From assembly GCA_963695555.1 (NCBI GenBank), contig CAVOGR010000002.1:486779-550778 (forward strand): DNA of 64,000 bases, in the 5' to 3' direction. The notes under the pieces were generated by a model. That model ran no database searches and was not told where the DNA came from. It worked only from the letters and a program-made list of their open reading frames with translations. Numbering within the stretch: the first letter of the stretch is position 1; the number at the start of each line of letters is the position of its first letter. Source of the DNA: an uncultured Gemmatimonadales bacterium. Lineage in GTDB: Bacteria; Gemmatimonadota; Gemmatimonadetes; Gemmatimonadales; GWC2-71-9. The position numbers were made by a program, and so were the translations under genes. Positions 1-9,041 of this stretch are shown piece by piece.

Positions 1-586
1 CGCCCGCAATCGGCACTGAAAACGTGATCACCAGCCCGAACGACAGATAGAACCAAAAGTCCCACCACCGGATGTTCCAGCCGAACGCCACCGCCGAAGC
101 CGGCTGGAATGAGATCGTCAAGAAGCGGTGTCGCAGGAACCAGTGCACTAGCCCGATCACCGCATACACGGCTGCGAGCCGCAGAATGTGCGGCCACGTG
201 ACCCAGAGCAGGGTGCCGACCAGGATGTCCTTAATGGCCTCGTTGCCCCCCGGCGTCCGGTCGGCGACCAGGATGGCCGCCGCGGACGCCACGACATACA
301 CGATGCCGATGATGGCCTCGTGCGGGACGAGTTCTTTGCCCTTGGTTCGCGTGAGGGCGAAGATCGCGGCTCCGATCGTGGTGAACCCGATTGCGTAAGC
401 AAACGTTGCCGGGGAATCGTGGGGTGACCCGAGAAAGATGGCGACCGTGGTGCCCAACGCCGCCATCTGCGCCAGCGAGAGATCGACGAAAATCACTTCC
501 CGCGCGATCACGTGCAGGCCCAAGTAGCTGTGGATTGCGACGATCACCATACACGCGGCGAGCGGGGGCAGGATCAGTTCGAGCAT
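1..586 (-). CDS. Metal ABC transporter permease (ZnuB/MntB family), runs off the left edge
   Basis: Hand translation from ATG 586: MLELILPPLAACMVIVAIHSYLGLHVIAREVIFVDLSLAQMAALG; hydrophobic; directly downstream of a metal-binding protein gene. Confidence 0.85.
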   Translation of the reverse strand, partial: MLELILPPLAACMVIVAIHSYLGLHVIAREVIFVDLSLAQMAALGTTVAIFLGSPHDSPATFAYAIGFTTIGAAIFALTRTKGKELVPHEAIIGIVYVVASAAAILVADRTPGGNEAIKDILVGTLLWVTWPHILRLAAVYAVIGLVHWFLRHRFLTISFQPASAVAFGWNIRWWDFWFYLSFGLVITFSVPIAG

Positions 587-599
587 CGCGTTGTACCTC

Positions 600-1619
600 T
601 CACTTGAATGCGGCGGCCAGCGCCGTGACCCAGGTGTCCATCAGCTGGAAATACGTCTCCACGCCGGGAGCGCCATGGGTGTTCTCGGGCACGATGACGG
701 CCGTCGCGCCGGTCCGGTCGGCGACCTGCTTGATCTGCGAGCGGCTGAAGTAATTCGACGCGAGCAGCACGGGGATCCTTCGCTCTCGCATCAGACTAAT
801 GACGTCATGCACGTGCCGGGGGGTGGGCGGGATGCCCGGCTTCGGCTCGATGTACTCGACACAGGTGATCCGATACCGCCGGCTAAAGTAGGCCCATTCC
901 TTGTGGTAACAGACTATCTCCTTGTCGCGAAAAATCTCGGCTGTCTTGAGCCAGCCCGTGAGTCGGCTCGACAGGGGCCGTCCGTCGAGCGTCGTGCGAG
1001 TCAGGAATGGCAGCAACTGGTCGTTGCGCAGGAGATCAAGGGCCGTTTGCGGAGTCAGGATGCGCACCACCTCCGCTCCCATGGTCGCCTCGAGGATGCG
1101 CCGCTCGAAGTCGGCCTCGCGTGCTCGGAAGTAGTCGGCATCTGCCGGCGCCACCCGCTCGAGGCCGCGCAGGATGTTCCGCGCAATCAGGATGGCGTTC
1201 AACGGGTCGGTATGAACGTGGGGATTGCCCGCGGCATGGATGTCTCCCTGGGCCCGGCTCACCGATGCGGGGATCTCGAGCAGTTCGATGCCGGCGTTGG
1301 CCGCTACATAGCCGCGACCGCCCTCGGCCACGTTTCGGTTGTTGGCCCGGTCGAGCAGCGCCGGAACCCAGAGTTCGAGGTCCATGCCCGTGGTCACGAA
1401 CAGGTCGGCGTCACGCAACAGCGCCACGAAGCTGGGCTTGGGCTGCACGAAGTGAGGATCCTCATCGCCCTGGGCGATGGAGTTGACCGTGCCGCGGTCA
1501 CCGACGATTTCACGGGCGATAGCGCCATACGTCGTGAGGCTGGTGACCACTTTGACCGGCGCCGGGGCCTGCGGCGGGCTGGAGAGGCCCAGAGCGAGAA
1601 ACAGCATTGAGAGCAGCAT
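600..1619 (-). CDS. Metal ABC transporter substrate-binding protein (ZnuA/TroA family)
   Basis: Signal peptide; VKVVTS, EDPHF, GNPHVH and YHKEW His-ligand motifs. Confidence 0.9.
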   Translation of the reverse strand: MLLSMLFLALGLSSPPQAPAPVKVVTSLTTYGAIAREIVGDRGTVNSIAQGDEDPHFVQPKPSFVALLRDADLFVTTGMDLELWVPALLDRANNRNVAEGGRGYVAANAGIELLEIPASVSRAQGDIHAAGNPHVHTDPLNAILIARNILRGLERVAPADADYFRAREADFERRILEATMGAEVVRILTPQTALDLLRNDQLLPFLTRTTLDGRPLSSRLTGWLKTAEIFRDKEIVCYHKEWAYFSRRYRITCVEYIEPKPGIPPTPRHVHDVISLMRERRIPVLLASNYFSRSQIKQVADRTGATAVIVPENTHGAPGVETYFQLMDTWVTALAAAFK

Positions 1620-1645
1620 GATCTATCCTTCGCGCGCGGCGGCGC

Positions 1646-3034
1646 TCAGTACGTTTCGTGCTTGTGGGGCCCCATCGAGAGCACCACCTGCACGCGGAGT
1701 TGGTTTGACGTTCCTTCGAGGTCGCTCTGGCGGTGTTCCCCCTCCAGCCGCAGATAGACGAACTCGCTCTGCCACCAGGTGACGGTTGGGGTAATCCGCC
1801 ATTCACGGTCGTTGACCCCTCGCGGGGCCTCGACCCAGTCGTACCTCGCCCCAAATACCCACCGGCGGCTGGTCCGCACCTGGAGATCGGCAAACGCACC
1901 GTAGCGGTTGGTGGTCTGGCCCGCTTCGGTTGCGTGCAGTCGATAGCCCTCAGCCCGGAAGGTGATGTCCCGCCGGGTCGCGGCGTCGGGCGGCCGGTAG
2001 GTCAGCCGGAAGTCCAGCCCCGCCAGACGGCTCCGCAGATCGGCATCGCTGTTGTTGCCGCCGACCCCGGTTACGCCAAGCTGCATATAGGTGCTGCGGG
2101 TGAGTTGCCAGAAGCTCTGGAACCTGCCGAGGAGCGAGGGTTGGGTGCCGCCCGCATAGAGTGGATCGCTCTCGGCGGTGGTGCCCTGGAGCCAAACTTC
2201 GTGGGTGCCGCCGGCGATCGACAACGGCAGCGTCGTATAGAGCGACACGCCCACGCCGGCCAAGCCCTCCTCGCCCAGGAACCGCTGATAGACCAGGGGA
2301 TACTGGCTCTCAGGAAGGGCGTGCGCGTGCCAACGATTGAGGTCGCCGAGTTGCTGGCGGATCTTGCCCGCATCGACCCGGATGCGTCCCGGCAGGCCTA
2401 CCCAGTACAGATAGCCTTCTTCGACCCCGATCTCGTCTTCAGAAAAGGTGAGAAAGATCTTGGCGGTCGAATAGGGATCGAGCGCCGATTGAAACGATAC
2501 CTCGACCTCACGGAGCTCCGCGTTGTCGCGCTGCGGACTCTCGTCCCGTGCCGTGAGCAGGACGGTTCCGGTGACGCTGATTTCGGGGTTGAGCACATTC
2601 TGGTTCGGCCGGCCCGCCGTGCCGGAAGGTGCCTTCGGTTGCGTAGAATCACGCTCTGACGCCGCGCCTGCAGCCGCAGCCGCAGCGGCACGGATGGCGG
2701 CCAATTCATCGACCACCGTGTCGGAAGGCGTCCCGCTGGTCTGGGGTGCTGCACAGCGCTCGATGGTGAGGCGATACACCCGGTCTTGGAGCCGGGTGAT
2801 GGCAGTCGCCAACGAGTCCACCGCGGGGTCTCCGGTCGGTGTTCGCTGAAGGGAGGCAATCGGTCGCGGGGGGCAAAGCCCGGTGCCGAGCGAATCCAAC
2901 CTTGCTTCGAGTGCTGTGATGCGCTGGTGAAGCGAATCAACCGCGGGCCGCAGCTCGTCCTGGGCGGCCGCATTCGAAACGGGCCACAGGAAGAGCGCGC
3001 CGACCAGCGCGGCAAGGAGGTGTGTTCGTCGCAT
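1646..3034 (-). CDS. Outer-membrane beta-barrel protein associated with metal uptake
   Basis: Signal peptide, coiled-coil N-terminus, LNPEISV...LREVEVSFQSALDPY, LNRWHAH, alternating beta strands, C-terminal GPHKHETY. Confidence 0.75.
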   Translation of the reverse strand: MRRTHLLAALVGALFLWPVSNAAAQDELRPAVDSLHQRITALEARLDSLGTGLCPPRPIASLQRTPTGDPAVDSLATAITRLQDRVYRLTIERCAAPQTSGTPSDTVVDELAAIRAAAAAAAGAASERDSTQPKAPSGTAGRPNQNVLNPEISVTGTVLLTARDESPQRDNAELREVEVSFQSALDPYSTAKIFLTFSEDEIGVEEGYLYWVGLPGRIRVDAGKIRQQLGDLNRWHAHALPESQYPLVYQRFLGEEGLAGVGVSLYTTLPLSIAGGTHEVWLQGTTAESDPLYAGGTQPSLLGRFQSFWQLTRSTYMQLGVTGVGGNNSDADLRSRLAGLDFRLTYRPPDAATRRDITFRAEGYRLHATEAGQTTNRYGAFADLQVRTSRRWVFGARYDWVEAPRGVNDREWRITPTVTWWQSEFVYLRLEGEHRQSDLEGTSNQLRVQVVLSMGPHKHETY

Positions 3035-3133
3035 TCACGCTCCACGAAAGACCAAGGTTCCTCTCGGGACCCGGGACGCTGGGCATCGGCGGTGCTGTGG
3101 AAGCCGTTGTGTGGCGCCCCGGTAGGGGGTTTC

Positions 3134-3490
3134 TCAGGCGTGGCGGAGAGGAGGAGCGCGTGGTCGAGCGTGAGTGAAGTAGTGGGAGGTGTAGAGCGGC
3201 GCGTCCGGCTGGTCGACCTCGACGATGGCCGGCACTTGGGCACCTCGAAACCCCGCTGGGTCGAGGGGGGCGTACCGTAGCGGCGCCACGAGTGCGCCCA
3301 GGGCGCAGGCCTCGGCGTGGCACGCTGTGCTGTCGAGCGCTTCGACGTGTACTTGTCGCGACACGTCGACGGCGTCGCCCCCGTGGTACAGCGCCGCATC
3401 GACCACCGTCCGCCCAACCGTGGCAAACAGGAATGCCAGGCCGAGGACGAGCGACCGCAGCGCGACACCCCGGGAACGAGTCATGGGCAT
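3134..3490 (-). CDS. Leader ORF with signal/TM segment, His/Cys cluster and C-terminal RAPP motif (DUF2946/CruR-like)
   Basis: MPMTRSRGVALRSLVLGLAFLFATVG...HVEALDSTACHAEAC...HARPRAPPLRHA*; 99 nt upstream of the metal-uptake operon. Confidence 0.7.
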   Translation of the reverse strand: MPMTRSRGVALRSLVLGLAFLFATVGRTVVDAALYHGGDAVDVSRQVHVEALDSTACHAEACALGALVAPLRYAPLDPAGFRGAQVPAIVEVDQPDAPLYTSHYFTHARPRAPPLRHA

Positions 3491-3576
3491 GAAGTATAGG
3501 GCCAGGCCATGGCGCTGGAAACGAGGGCGACCACGGCCTGACCGGTTGCAGGGACCATACCGAACTAGTATATTCA

Positions 3577-3588
3577 ATGTATATACAT
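3577..3588. promoter_or_regulatory. Palindrome ATGTATATACAT, probable MazE operator
   Basis: Perfect 12-bp inverted repeat in an AT-rich patch 10 nt upstream of mazE. Confidence 0.6.
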
Positions 3589-3598
3589 CCCGGACACC

Positions 3599-3841
3599 AT
3601 GATGCGAACGCGTATTTCAAAGTGGGGCAATAGCTTAGGAGTCAGGATTCCCAAGGCTTTTGCCGCCGAGGCCGGCCTCGATGACGGGACGCCGGTGGAC
3701 ATTTCTGTGTCCGGTGGCCGGATCGTGGTGACAGCCCTTGGCCGGGAGTACCAGCTCGAAGAACTGGTGGACGGCATCACGGCGGAGAATCGCCACACCG
3801 AAACGGATTGGGGACATCCGGCGGGGGCGGAGGTATGGTAG
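3599..3841 (+). CDS. mazE: AbrB/MazE family antitoxin
   Basis: ISKWGNSLGVRIPK...LEELVDGIT.ENRH.E.DWG.P.G.EVW. Confidence 0.92.
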   Translation: MMRTRISKWGNSLGVRIPKAFAAEAGLDDGTPVDISVSGGRIVVTALGREYQLEELVDGITAENRHTETDWGHPAGAEVW

Positions 3842-4158
3842 TACCCGACCGAGGTGACCTGGTGTGGATTTCCATCGCATCGCGCTCGGACGATGGCCGC
3901 TCCAGCCGGCGCCCAGCGCTGGTCGTATCACCGGCCCGGTACAACGAGCGGGCCGGGCTCGCGCTCATGTGCGCCGTGAGTGGTGCAGCCACAGGGTATC
4001 CCTTCGAGGTTCCCCTGCCCCAGGGCCTGCCTGTGAGCGGGGTCGTCCTGGCCGATCATCTGCGCAGCGCCGACTGGAAAGCCCGTGACGCTGCCATTGC
4101 CTGCCGCGTGCCGGCGGAGGTGGTGGCGGACGTCCTGGCGAAGTTGAAACCACTGTAA
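3835..4158 (+). CDS. mazF: PemK/MazF family toxin (divergent active-site loops)
   Basis: VPDRGDLVW...RRPALVVSP..YN...GYPFEV...GVVLADHLRSADWKAR; overlaps the mazE stop. Confidence 0.88.
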   Translation: MVVPDRGDLVWISIASRSDDGRSSRRPALVVSPARYNERAGLALMCAVSGAATGYPFEVPLPQGLPVSGVVLADHLRSADWKARDAAIACRVPAEVVADVLAKLKPL

Positions 4159-4204
4159 AGCGGACATCACTCCTCCACAGACTCCGAGAGAATCGAGACG
4201 TCAC

Positions 4205-4744
4205 ATGGCCCAACCGATTCCCCTTTCGCGAGCCCACAAGGTTGCGGGACGCTTCACGGTCAACGGTGAGCAGCATGACATCACCTTCTCGTCCCACAAG
4301 ACCCTGCTCGAGGTCTTGCGCGAAGACCTCGGCCTGACCGGCACGAAGCACGGATGCGAGCTGGGAGAGTGCGGTGCCTGCGCGGTGCTGGTGGACGGCA
4401 TGCCGCTTTTGTCCTGTCTGGCCCTGGCTGCCGCGTACCAAGATCGCAACATCACAACCGTTGAAGGGATGGCCGACGGGCCCCTGCTTGACCCACTCCA
4501 GGAAGCGTTTGTCGAATTGGGCGCGGCCCAATGCGGCTATTGCACGCCGGGCGTCTTGCTCACGGCACGGGCGCTCTTGAACGAGAACCCACACCCCACC
4601 AGGCACGAGATCAAGGACGCGCTGGCGGGAAACCTCTGCCGCTGCACCGGCTACATCAAGATCTACGAGGCCGTGGAACTGGCTGCCCGTCGCTTGCGTG
4701 GTGAAGAGGCGGAGCCTCTGGAGGAGTCGCTCCATGGCTACTGA
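4205..4744 (+). CDS. Xanthine-dehydrogenase-family 2Fe-2S subunit (HcrC/CoxS-like)
   Basis: GTKHGCELGECGAC, QCGYCTPG, GNLCRCTGY. Confidence 0.95.
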   Translation: MAQPIPLSRAHKVAGRFTVNGEQHDITFSSHKTLLEVLREDLGLTGTKHGCELGECGACAVLVDGMPLLSCLALAAAYQDRNITTVEGMADGPLLDPLQEAFVELGAAQCGYCTPGVLLTARALLNENPHPTRHEIKDALAGNLCRCTGYIKIYEAVELAARRLRGEEAEPLEESLHGY

Positions 4745-7172
4745 CACGGGGCGGAGCCCCTACTCGGTAATCGGCACCCCACGAGCCAAGGTCGACGCGG
4801 CGGCCAAGTGTACCGGCGAGGCCATCTTTGCAGACGACCTGGTCCTGCCCCGGATGCTGAGTTGTAAGATGCTCAGGAGTCCGCATCCCCACGCGCGGAT
4901 CGTGCGGATCGACACCAGGACGGCGCTGGCGGTGGATGGCGTCCACGCGGTCATTACCGGCGCGGATGTTCCCATTCCGTTTGGAATTTTGCCGGTGAGC
5001 CAAGACGAACACGCGTTGGCGCCCGACCATGTGCGCTTCATCGGCGACGCGGTGGCGGCGGTGGCCGCGCGGGACGAGGACACGGCGACCGCGGCGCTCG
5101 ATCTCATCGAGGTCGAGTACGAAATCCTCCCGCCGATCGGTTCCGTTGCCCAGGCAGCCACGACCCCCGAACCGAAGCTCCACGATTACGCCGATCAGGG
5201 GAACCTCCATAAACTGATTCATCTCGAGTTCGGCGACGTGGAGGCGGGCCTCGGGCGTGCCGATATGGTGCAGGACGACCTCTTCTTTTACGAGGGAAAC
5301 ACCCATCTCCCGATCGAGCAGCACGCCGCGCTCGCGCGATACGACAAGAACGGCCGCCTCACCCTCTGGTCCAGCACCCAGACCCCGCACTACGTCCATC
5401 GCGCCCTGTCCAAGGTGCTGGAACTCCCGCCGAGCCGGATCCGGGTGATTGCCACCCCGAATGGCGGAGGGTTTGGTGGGAAGAGCGATCCGTTTCCGCA
5501 TGAGATTGTGGTGTCGAAACTTGCGATCTTGACTGGCCGCCCAGTCAAGATCTGCCTCACCCGCGAAGAGGTGTTCTACTGTCACCGCGGCCGCCACCCG
5601 GTGCTCATGCGGGTCAGGACCGGCGTGACCACGGACGGCGCCATCACCGCCATGGATTTCGAGTCCTACTTGGACGGCGGCGCCTACGGATCGTACGGCG
5701 TGGCCAGCGCCTATTACACCGGTGCGCTACAAACGGTCACCTACCAGGTGCCTGCCTACCGCTTTCGCGGCGCCAGGGCATTCACCAACAAGGCCCCGTG
5801 CGGCCCCAAGCGCGGGCACGGCACGCCGCAGCCCCGCTTCGCGGTCGAGGTCACGCTGGACAAGATCGCCGAGCGCCTCGAGCTCGATCCCGCCGAGATG
5901 CGCCTCCGACACCTCCAGCCGGCAAACTCGATTACCGCCAACTACCTGAAGATCGGTACCATGGGACTTGGCCAGTGCATCGAGCGCGTCGCTGCTGGCT
6001 CAGACTGGAACACCCGGTTTCGGAAGCTTCCGTATGGTCACGGGCTTGGGCTCGCGTGTTCTTCCTACATCACCGGCGCCGGCCTCCCCATCTACTGGAA
6101 CGCGATGCCGCATTCCGGGGTGCAACTCAAGTGCGACCGGGGAGGCGGAGTCACCGTCTTCTGTGGATCCACCGACATCGGCCAGGGCTCGGACTCGGTC
6201 CTCGCCTACATCGTGGCCGAGGTGCTCGGGCTCGATCCCATGAAGATCGCGGTGGTCACCGCCGATACCGATCTCACTCCGGTCGACCTCGGCAGCTACT
6301 CGTCGCGGGTAACGCTCATGATGGGCCAGGCCGCCATTCAGGCTGCCGAACGCGTGAGGGAGCTCATTGCCCGTGCCGTGGCCACCAAGCTCGACCTGCC
6401 GATGGAACAACTCGTGTTCACAGGAGAGCGGGTGTGCGACCGCGCGCGGCCAGAAGAAGGCATGAGCTTCGCCGAAGCGGTGGTGCTCGCGGAGTCGGCG
6501 ACAGGCACCATCGGTGCTGTGGGCAGCTACACGCCGCCCCGTTCACCGGGGCGCTATCGCGGCTCAGGGGTTGGGCCGTCACCGGCCTACAGCTACAGCG
6601 CGTGTGTTGCCGAAGTCCAGGTCGATCCGGATACCGGCATCGTTCAGGTTCCCAAGGTTTGGATCGCCCACGACGTGGGGCAGGCCATCAACCCGGCACT
6701 GGTGATGGGCCAGATCGAGGGCGGCGTCTACATGGGTCTGGGTGAGGCGCTCATGGAGGAGATGTCGTATCGCGAGAATCGAAACCTGGTGCACAAGTGG
6801 CCGTCGATGCTCGAATACAAGAGCCCCACGACGCTCGAGATGTGCGACGTCATCACCTACCTGGTCGGCGAGCCGGATCCGAACGGACCGTTCGGCGCGA
6901 AGGAGGCGGGGCAGGGTCCGCTCCTGCCGGTAATGCCGGCCGTGGCCAACGCGATATACGACGCGGTCGGGGTGCGGATCGATGAGGTGCCCATGAGTCC
7001 GCCCAAGGTGCTGAAGGCAATTCAGGCAAAGGCCAAGGGCAAGGAGCCGCGCTACGGTCCCACCGAAACGCCGGAGATCGCTTGGCCGCCCGTCACGGCG
7101 GTGCCCACTCCTGCCGAAGGCGGAGATGGGCGTGCCGCGGAACCTGGTCGTGCGCCGGCAGGAGGTCGCTGA
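4734..7172 (+). CDS. Xanthine-dehydrogenase-family molybdopterin-binding subunit (HcrA-like)
   Basis: LRSPHPHARI, GGGFGGK, DGGAY, RGHGTPQ, DIGQGS, GSYSSRVT, GQIEGG, GPFGAKEAGQGP. Confidence 0.93.
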   Translation: MATDTGRSPYSVIGTPRAKVDAAAKCTGEAIFADDLVLPRMLSCKMLRSPHPHARIVRIDTRTALAVDGVHAVITGADVPIPFGILPVSQDEHALAPDHVRFIGDAVAAVAARDEDTATAALDLIEVEYEILPPIGSVAQAATTPEPKLHDYADQGNLHKLIHLEFGDVEAGLGRADMVQDDLFFYEGNTHLPIEQHAALARYDKNGRLTLWSSTQTPHYVHRALSKVLELPPSRIRVIATPNGGGFGGKSDPFPHEIVVSKLAILTGRPVKICLTREEVFYCHRGRHPVLMRVRTGVTTDGAITAMDFESYLDGGAYGSYGVASAYYTGALQTVTYQVPAYRFRGARAFTNKAPCGPKRGHGTPQPRFAVEVTLDKIAERLELDPAEMRLRHLQPANSITANYLKIGTMGLGQCIERVAAGSDWNTRFRKLPYGHGLGLACSSYITGAGLPIYWNAMPHSGVQLKCDRGGGVTVFCGSTDIGQGSDSVLAYIVAEVLGLDPMKIAVVTADTDLTPVDLGSYSSRVTLMMGQAAIQAAERVRELIARAVATKLDLPMEQLVFTGERVCDRARPEEGMSFAEAVVLAESATGTIGAVGSYTPPRSPGRYRGSGVGPSPAYSYSACVAEVQVDPDTGIVQVPKVWIAHDVGQAINPALVMGQIEGGVYMGLGEALMEEMSYRENRNLVHKWPSMLEYKSPTTLEMCDVITYLVGEPDPNGPFGAKEAGQGPLLPVMPAVANAIYDAVGVRIDEVPMSPPKVLKAIQAKAKGKEPRYGPTETPEIAWPPVTAVPTPAEGGDGRAAEPGRAPAGGR

Positions 7173-8176
7173 TGCTCCGCCTCTCGCCCTGCACCGCGAG
7201 CTTCCCAGCAACGATTGATGAAGCTCTAGCCGAGAAGGCCACCCATGGCCAGGCGGCGTCCTACGTTGCGGGCGGCACCGATCTCTATCCCAACATGAAG
7301 CGACGGGTTCAGACTCCGGCGCATGTGATCGATATCCGGGGCATTCCCGAGCTGCGGCAACTGGAGACGTTGTCGGATGGGCGGCTCGCGATCGGCTCGT
7401 GCATTACGCTGACGGAGCTGATCCGACATCCCGCCGTGAGAAAAGGATGGCCCGTGGTTTCCCATGCGGCGGCACTCATCTCGACACCCCTGCTGCAGAA
7501 CATGGGCACGATAGGCGGGAACCTGCTGCTCGACACCCGCTGCAACTACTACGACCAAGGGTATGAGTGGCGGAAGGCCATCGACTTCTGCATGAAGAAG
7601 GATGGCGACATCTGCTGGGTCGCGCCTTCGTCGCCGCGGTGCTGGGCGGTGCAATCGAGCGACCTGGTCCCGGTGATGGTGGCCCTGGACGCGAGCATGC
7701 GGTTTGTGGGACCGGACGGCGCCCGGACCTTGCGCGCCCGGGATCTATACCTGAACGATGGCATCGACTTCCTGGCGAAACGACCTGATGAGCTCTTGAC
7801 GACCGTCGAGCTCCCGCCGCTCGCCGGTGCCCGGGCGTCGTATGAGAAACTCCGCCGCCGCGGCTCGTTCGACTTTCCGGTCCTGGGCGTTGCGGCCTGG
7901 GCTCGCATGAACGGCGGCACCACGGTGTCGGAGGCTCGCATCGTGATCGGCGCGGTGGGTTCGGCCCCGCTGGTGAGCGACGAAGCTGCGCAGTCGTTGG
8001 TAGGGAAGGCGCTGTCGGACGAGGCTATCGATGAAGCGGCCCGCCTCGCCGCCCGGCACGCCAAGCCGCTCGACAACACCGATTTCACCATCGGCTGGCG
8101 GAAGGACATGGTGCCGGTCTACCTGCGGCGGGCCTTGGAGAGTTTGCGGCAGGACCCACGCGACATGGAAGGGTAA
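7172..8176 (+). CDS. Xanthine-dehydrogenase-family FAD subunit with extra 4Fe-4S insertion (HcrB-like)
   Basis: AGGTDL, NMGTIGGNL, insertion RCNYYDQ..EWRKAIDFCMKKDGDICWVAPSSPRC; TGATG coupling to the upstream gene. Confidence 0.92.
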   Translation: MLRLSPCTASFPATIDEALAEKATHGQAASYVAGGTDLYPNMKRRVQTPAHVIDIRGIPELRQLETLSDGRLAIGSCITLTELIRHPAVRKGWPVVSHAAALISTPLLQNMGTIGGNLLLDTRCNYYDQGYEWRKAIDFCMKKDGDICWVAPSSPRCWAVQSSDLVPVMVALDASMRFVGPDGARTLRARDLYLNDGIDFLAKRPDELLTTVELPPLAGARASYEKLRRRGSFDFPVLGVAAWARMNGGTTVSEARIVIGAVGSAPLVSDEAAQSLVGKALSDEAIDEAARLAARHAKPLDNTDFTIGWRKDMVPVYLRRALESLRQDPRDMEG

Positions 8177-8179
8177 CCG

Positions 8180-8536
8180 ATGCACTCGATCATCAAGCAG
8201 TTCGAGGCACCGGACGAAACCCGCACGTTCGAGAAAGGCAAGTTCGAAGTCGTCACCGTCGGGGGAATGACCATCGGGCGAGCGTCGTACGAACCAGGGT
8301 GGAAGTGGTCTGAGCATGTGGGCGCCGCCACAGGGGCGATGAGTTGTCAGGTTGATCACGTGGGGCTGGTGTTGGCCGGCCACGCCAAGGTCTTGCTGGA
8401 CGATGGCCGTGAAATCGATCTCACCGCCGGAGACTTGTTCGCAATCGGCCCAGGCCACGATAGCTGGGTGGTCGGCAACGAACCTTACGTCTCACCTCAC
8501 TTCATGGGAGCGGAGAGCTATGCAGCAAGTGACTAG
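8180..8536 (+). CDS. Cupin domain protein
   Basis: EPGWKWSEHV...CQVDHVG...GDLFAIGPGHDSWVVG. Confidence 0.85.
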   Translation: MHSIIKQFEAPDETRTFEKGKFEVVTVGGMTIGRASYEPGWKWSEHVGAATGAMSCQVDHVGLVLAGHAKVLLDDGREIDLTAGDLFAIGPGHDSWVVGNEPYVSPHFMGAESYAASD

Positions 8537-9026
8537 GCTGGGTGCCTACTGCAGCGTCCTCGGAGTCCTGTCGCTCCTTTCCTGCGCGTCGCCGGCGCAC
8601 TCTGCGCAAAATCCAACCGGTATCGATCGCGCGGCCTGGCTCAGCGGCTGTTGGGAACGCGGGTCGGGCAGCCGGACCATGGAGGAGCAGTGGATGGCCC
8701 CGCGGGGCGACGCGATGCTCGGGATGAGCCGCGCAGTGCGCGACGGACGCCTGGCAGCCTACGAGCTGGTCCTCATTCAGGAAGACACCACGGGCTTAGC
8801 GTATGAAGCACATCCGTCAGGTCAGGCGTCGGCTCGGTTTCCTGCCGTTCTGATCAGCGACACGGCGCTGATCTTCGAGAACCCGAAGCACGACTTCCCG
8901 CAGCGGATCGGCTACGACCGGGTGGGCACGGATTCGCTCATTGGCTGGATCGAGGGTACGCGAGACGGGGAGCTTCGCCGGATCGACTTCCCGTATCGCC
9001 GGGCGCGCTGCCCATCCGAGCCCTGA
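8520..9026 (+). CDS. Secreted protein, DUF6265-like
   Basis: Signal peptide; WLSGCW, EEQWMAPRGDAMLG, FENPKHDFPQRIGY. Confidence 0.75.
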   Translation: MQQVTRLGAYCSVLGVLSLLSCASPAHSAQNPTGIDRAAWLSGCWERGSGSRTMEEQWMAPRGDAMLGMSRAVRDGRLAAYELVLIQEDTTGLAYEAHPSGQASARFPAVLISDTALIFENPKHDFPQRIGYDRVGTDSLIGWIEGTRDGELRRIDFPYRRARCPSEP

Positions 9027-9041
9027 TGGACAGCAAAGCGG

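Noticed and set aside
591..1610. Long antisense ORFs here and elsewhere (e.g. 1733-2659, 21593-22702, 28565-29605, 37414-38523)
   Set aside because: Shadow frames of real genes in high-GC DNA; no recognisable motifs
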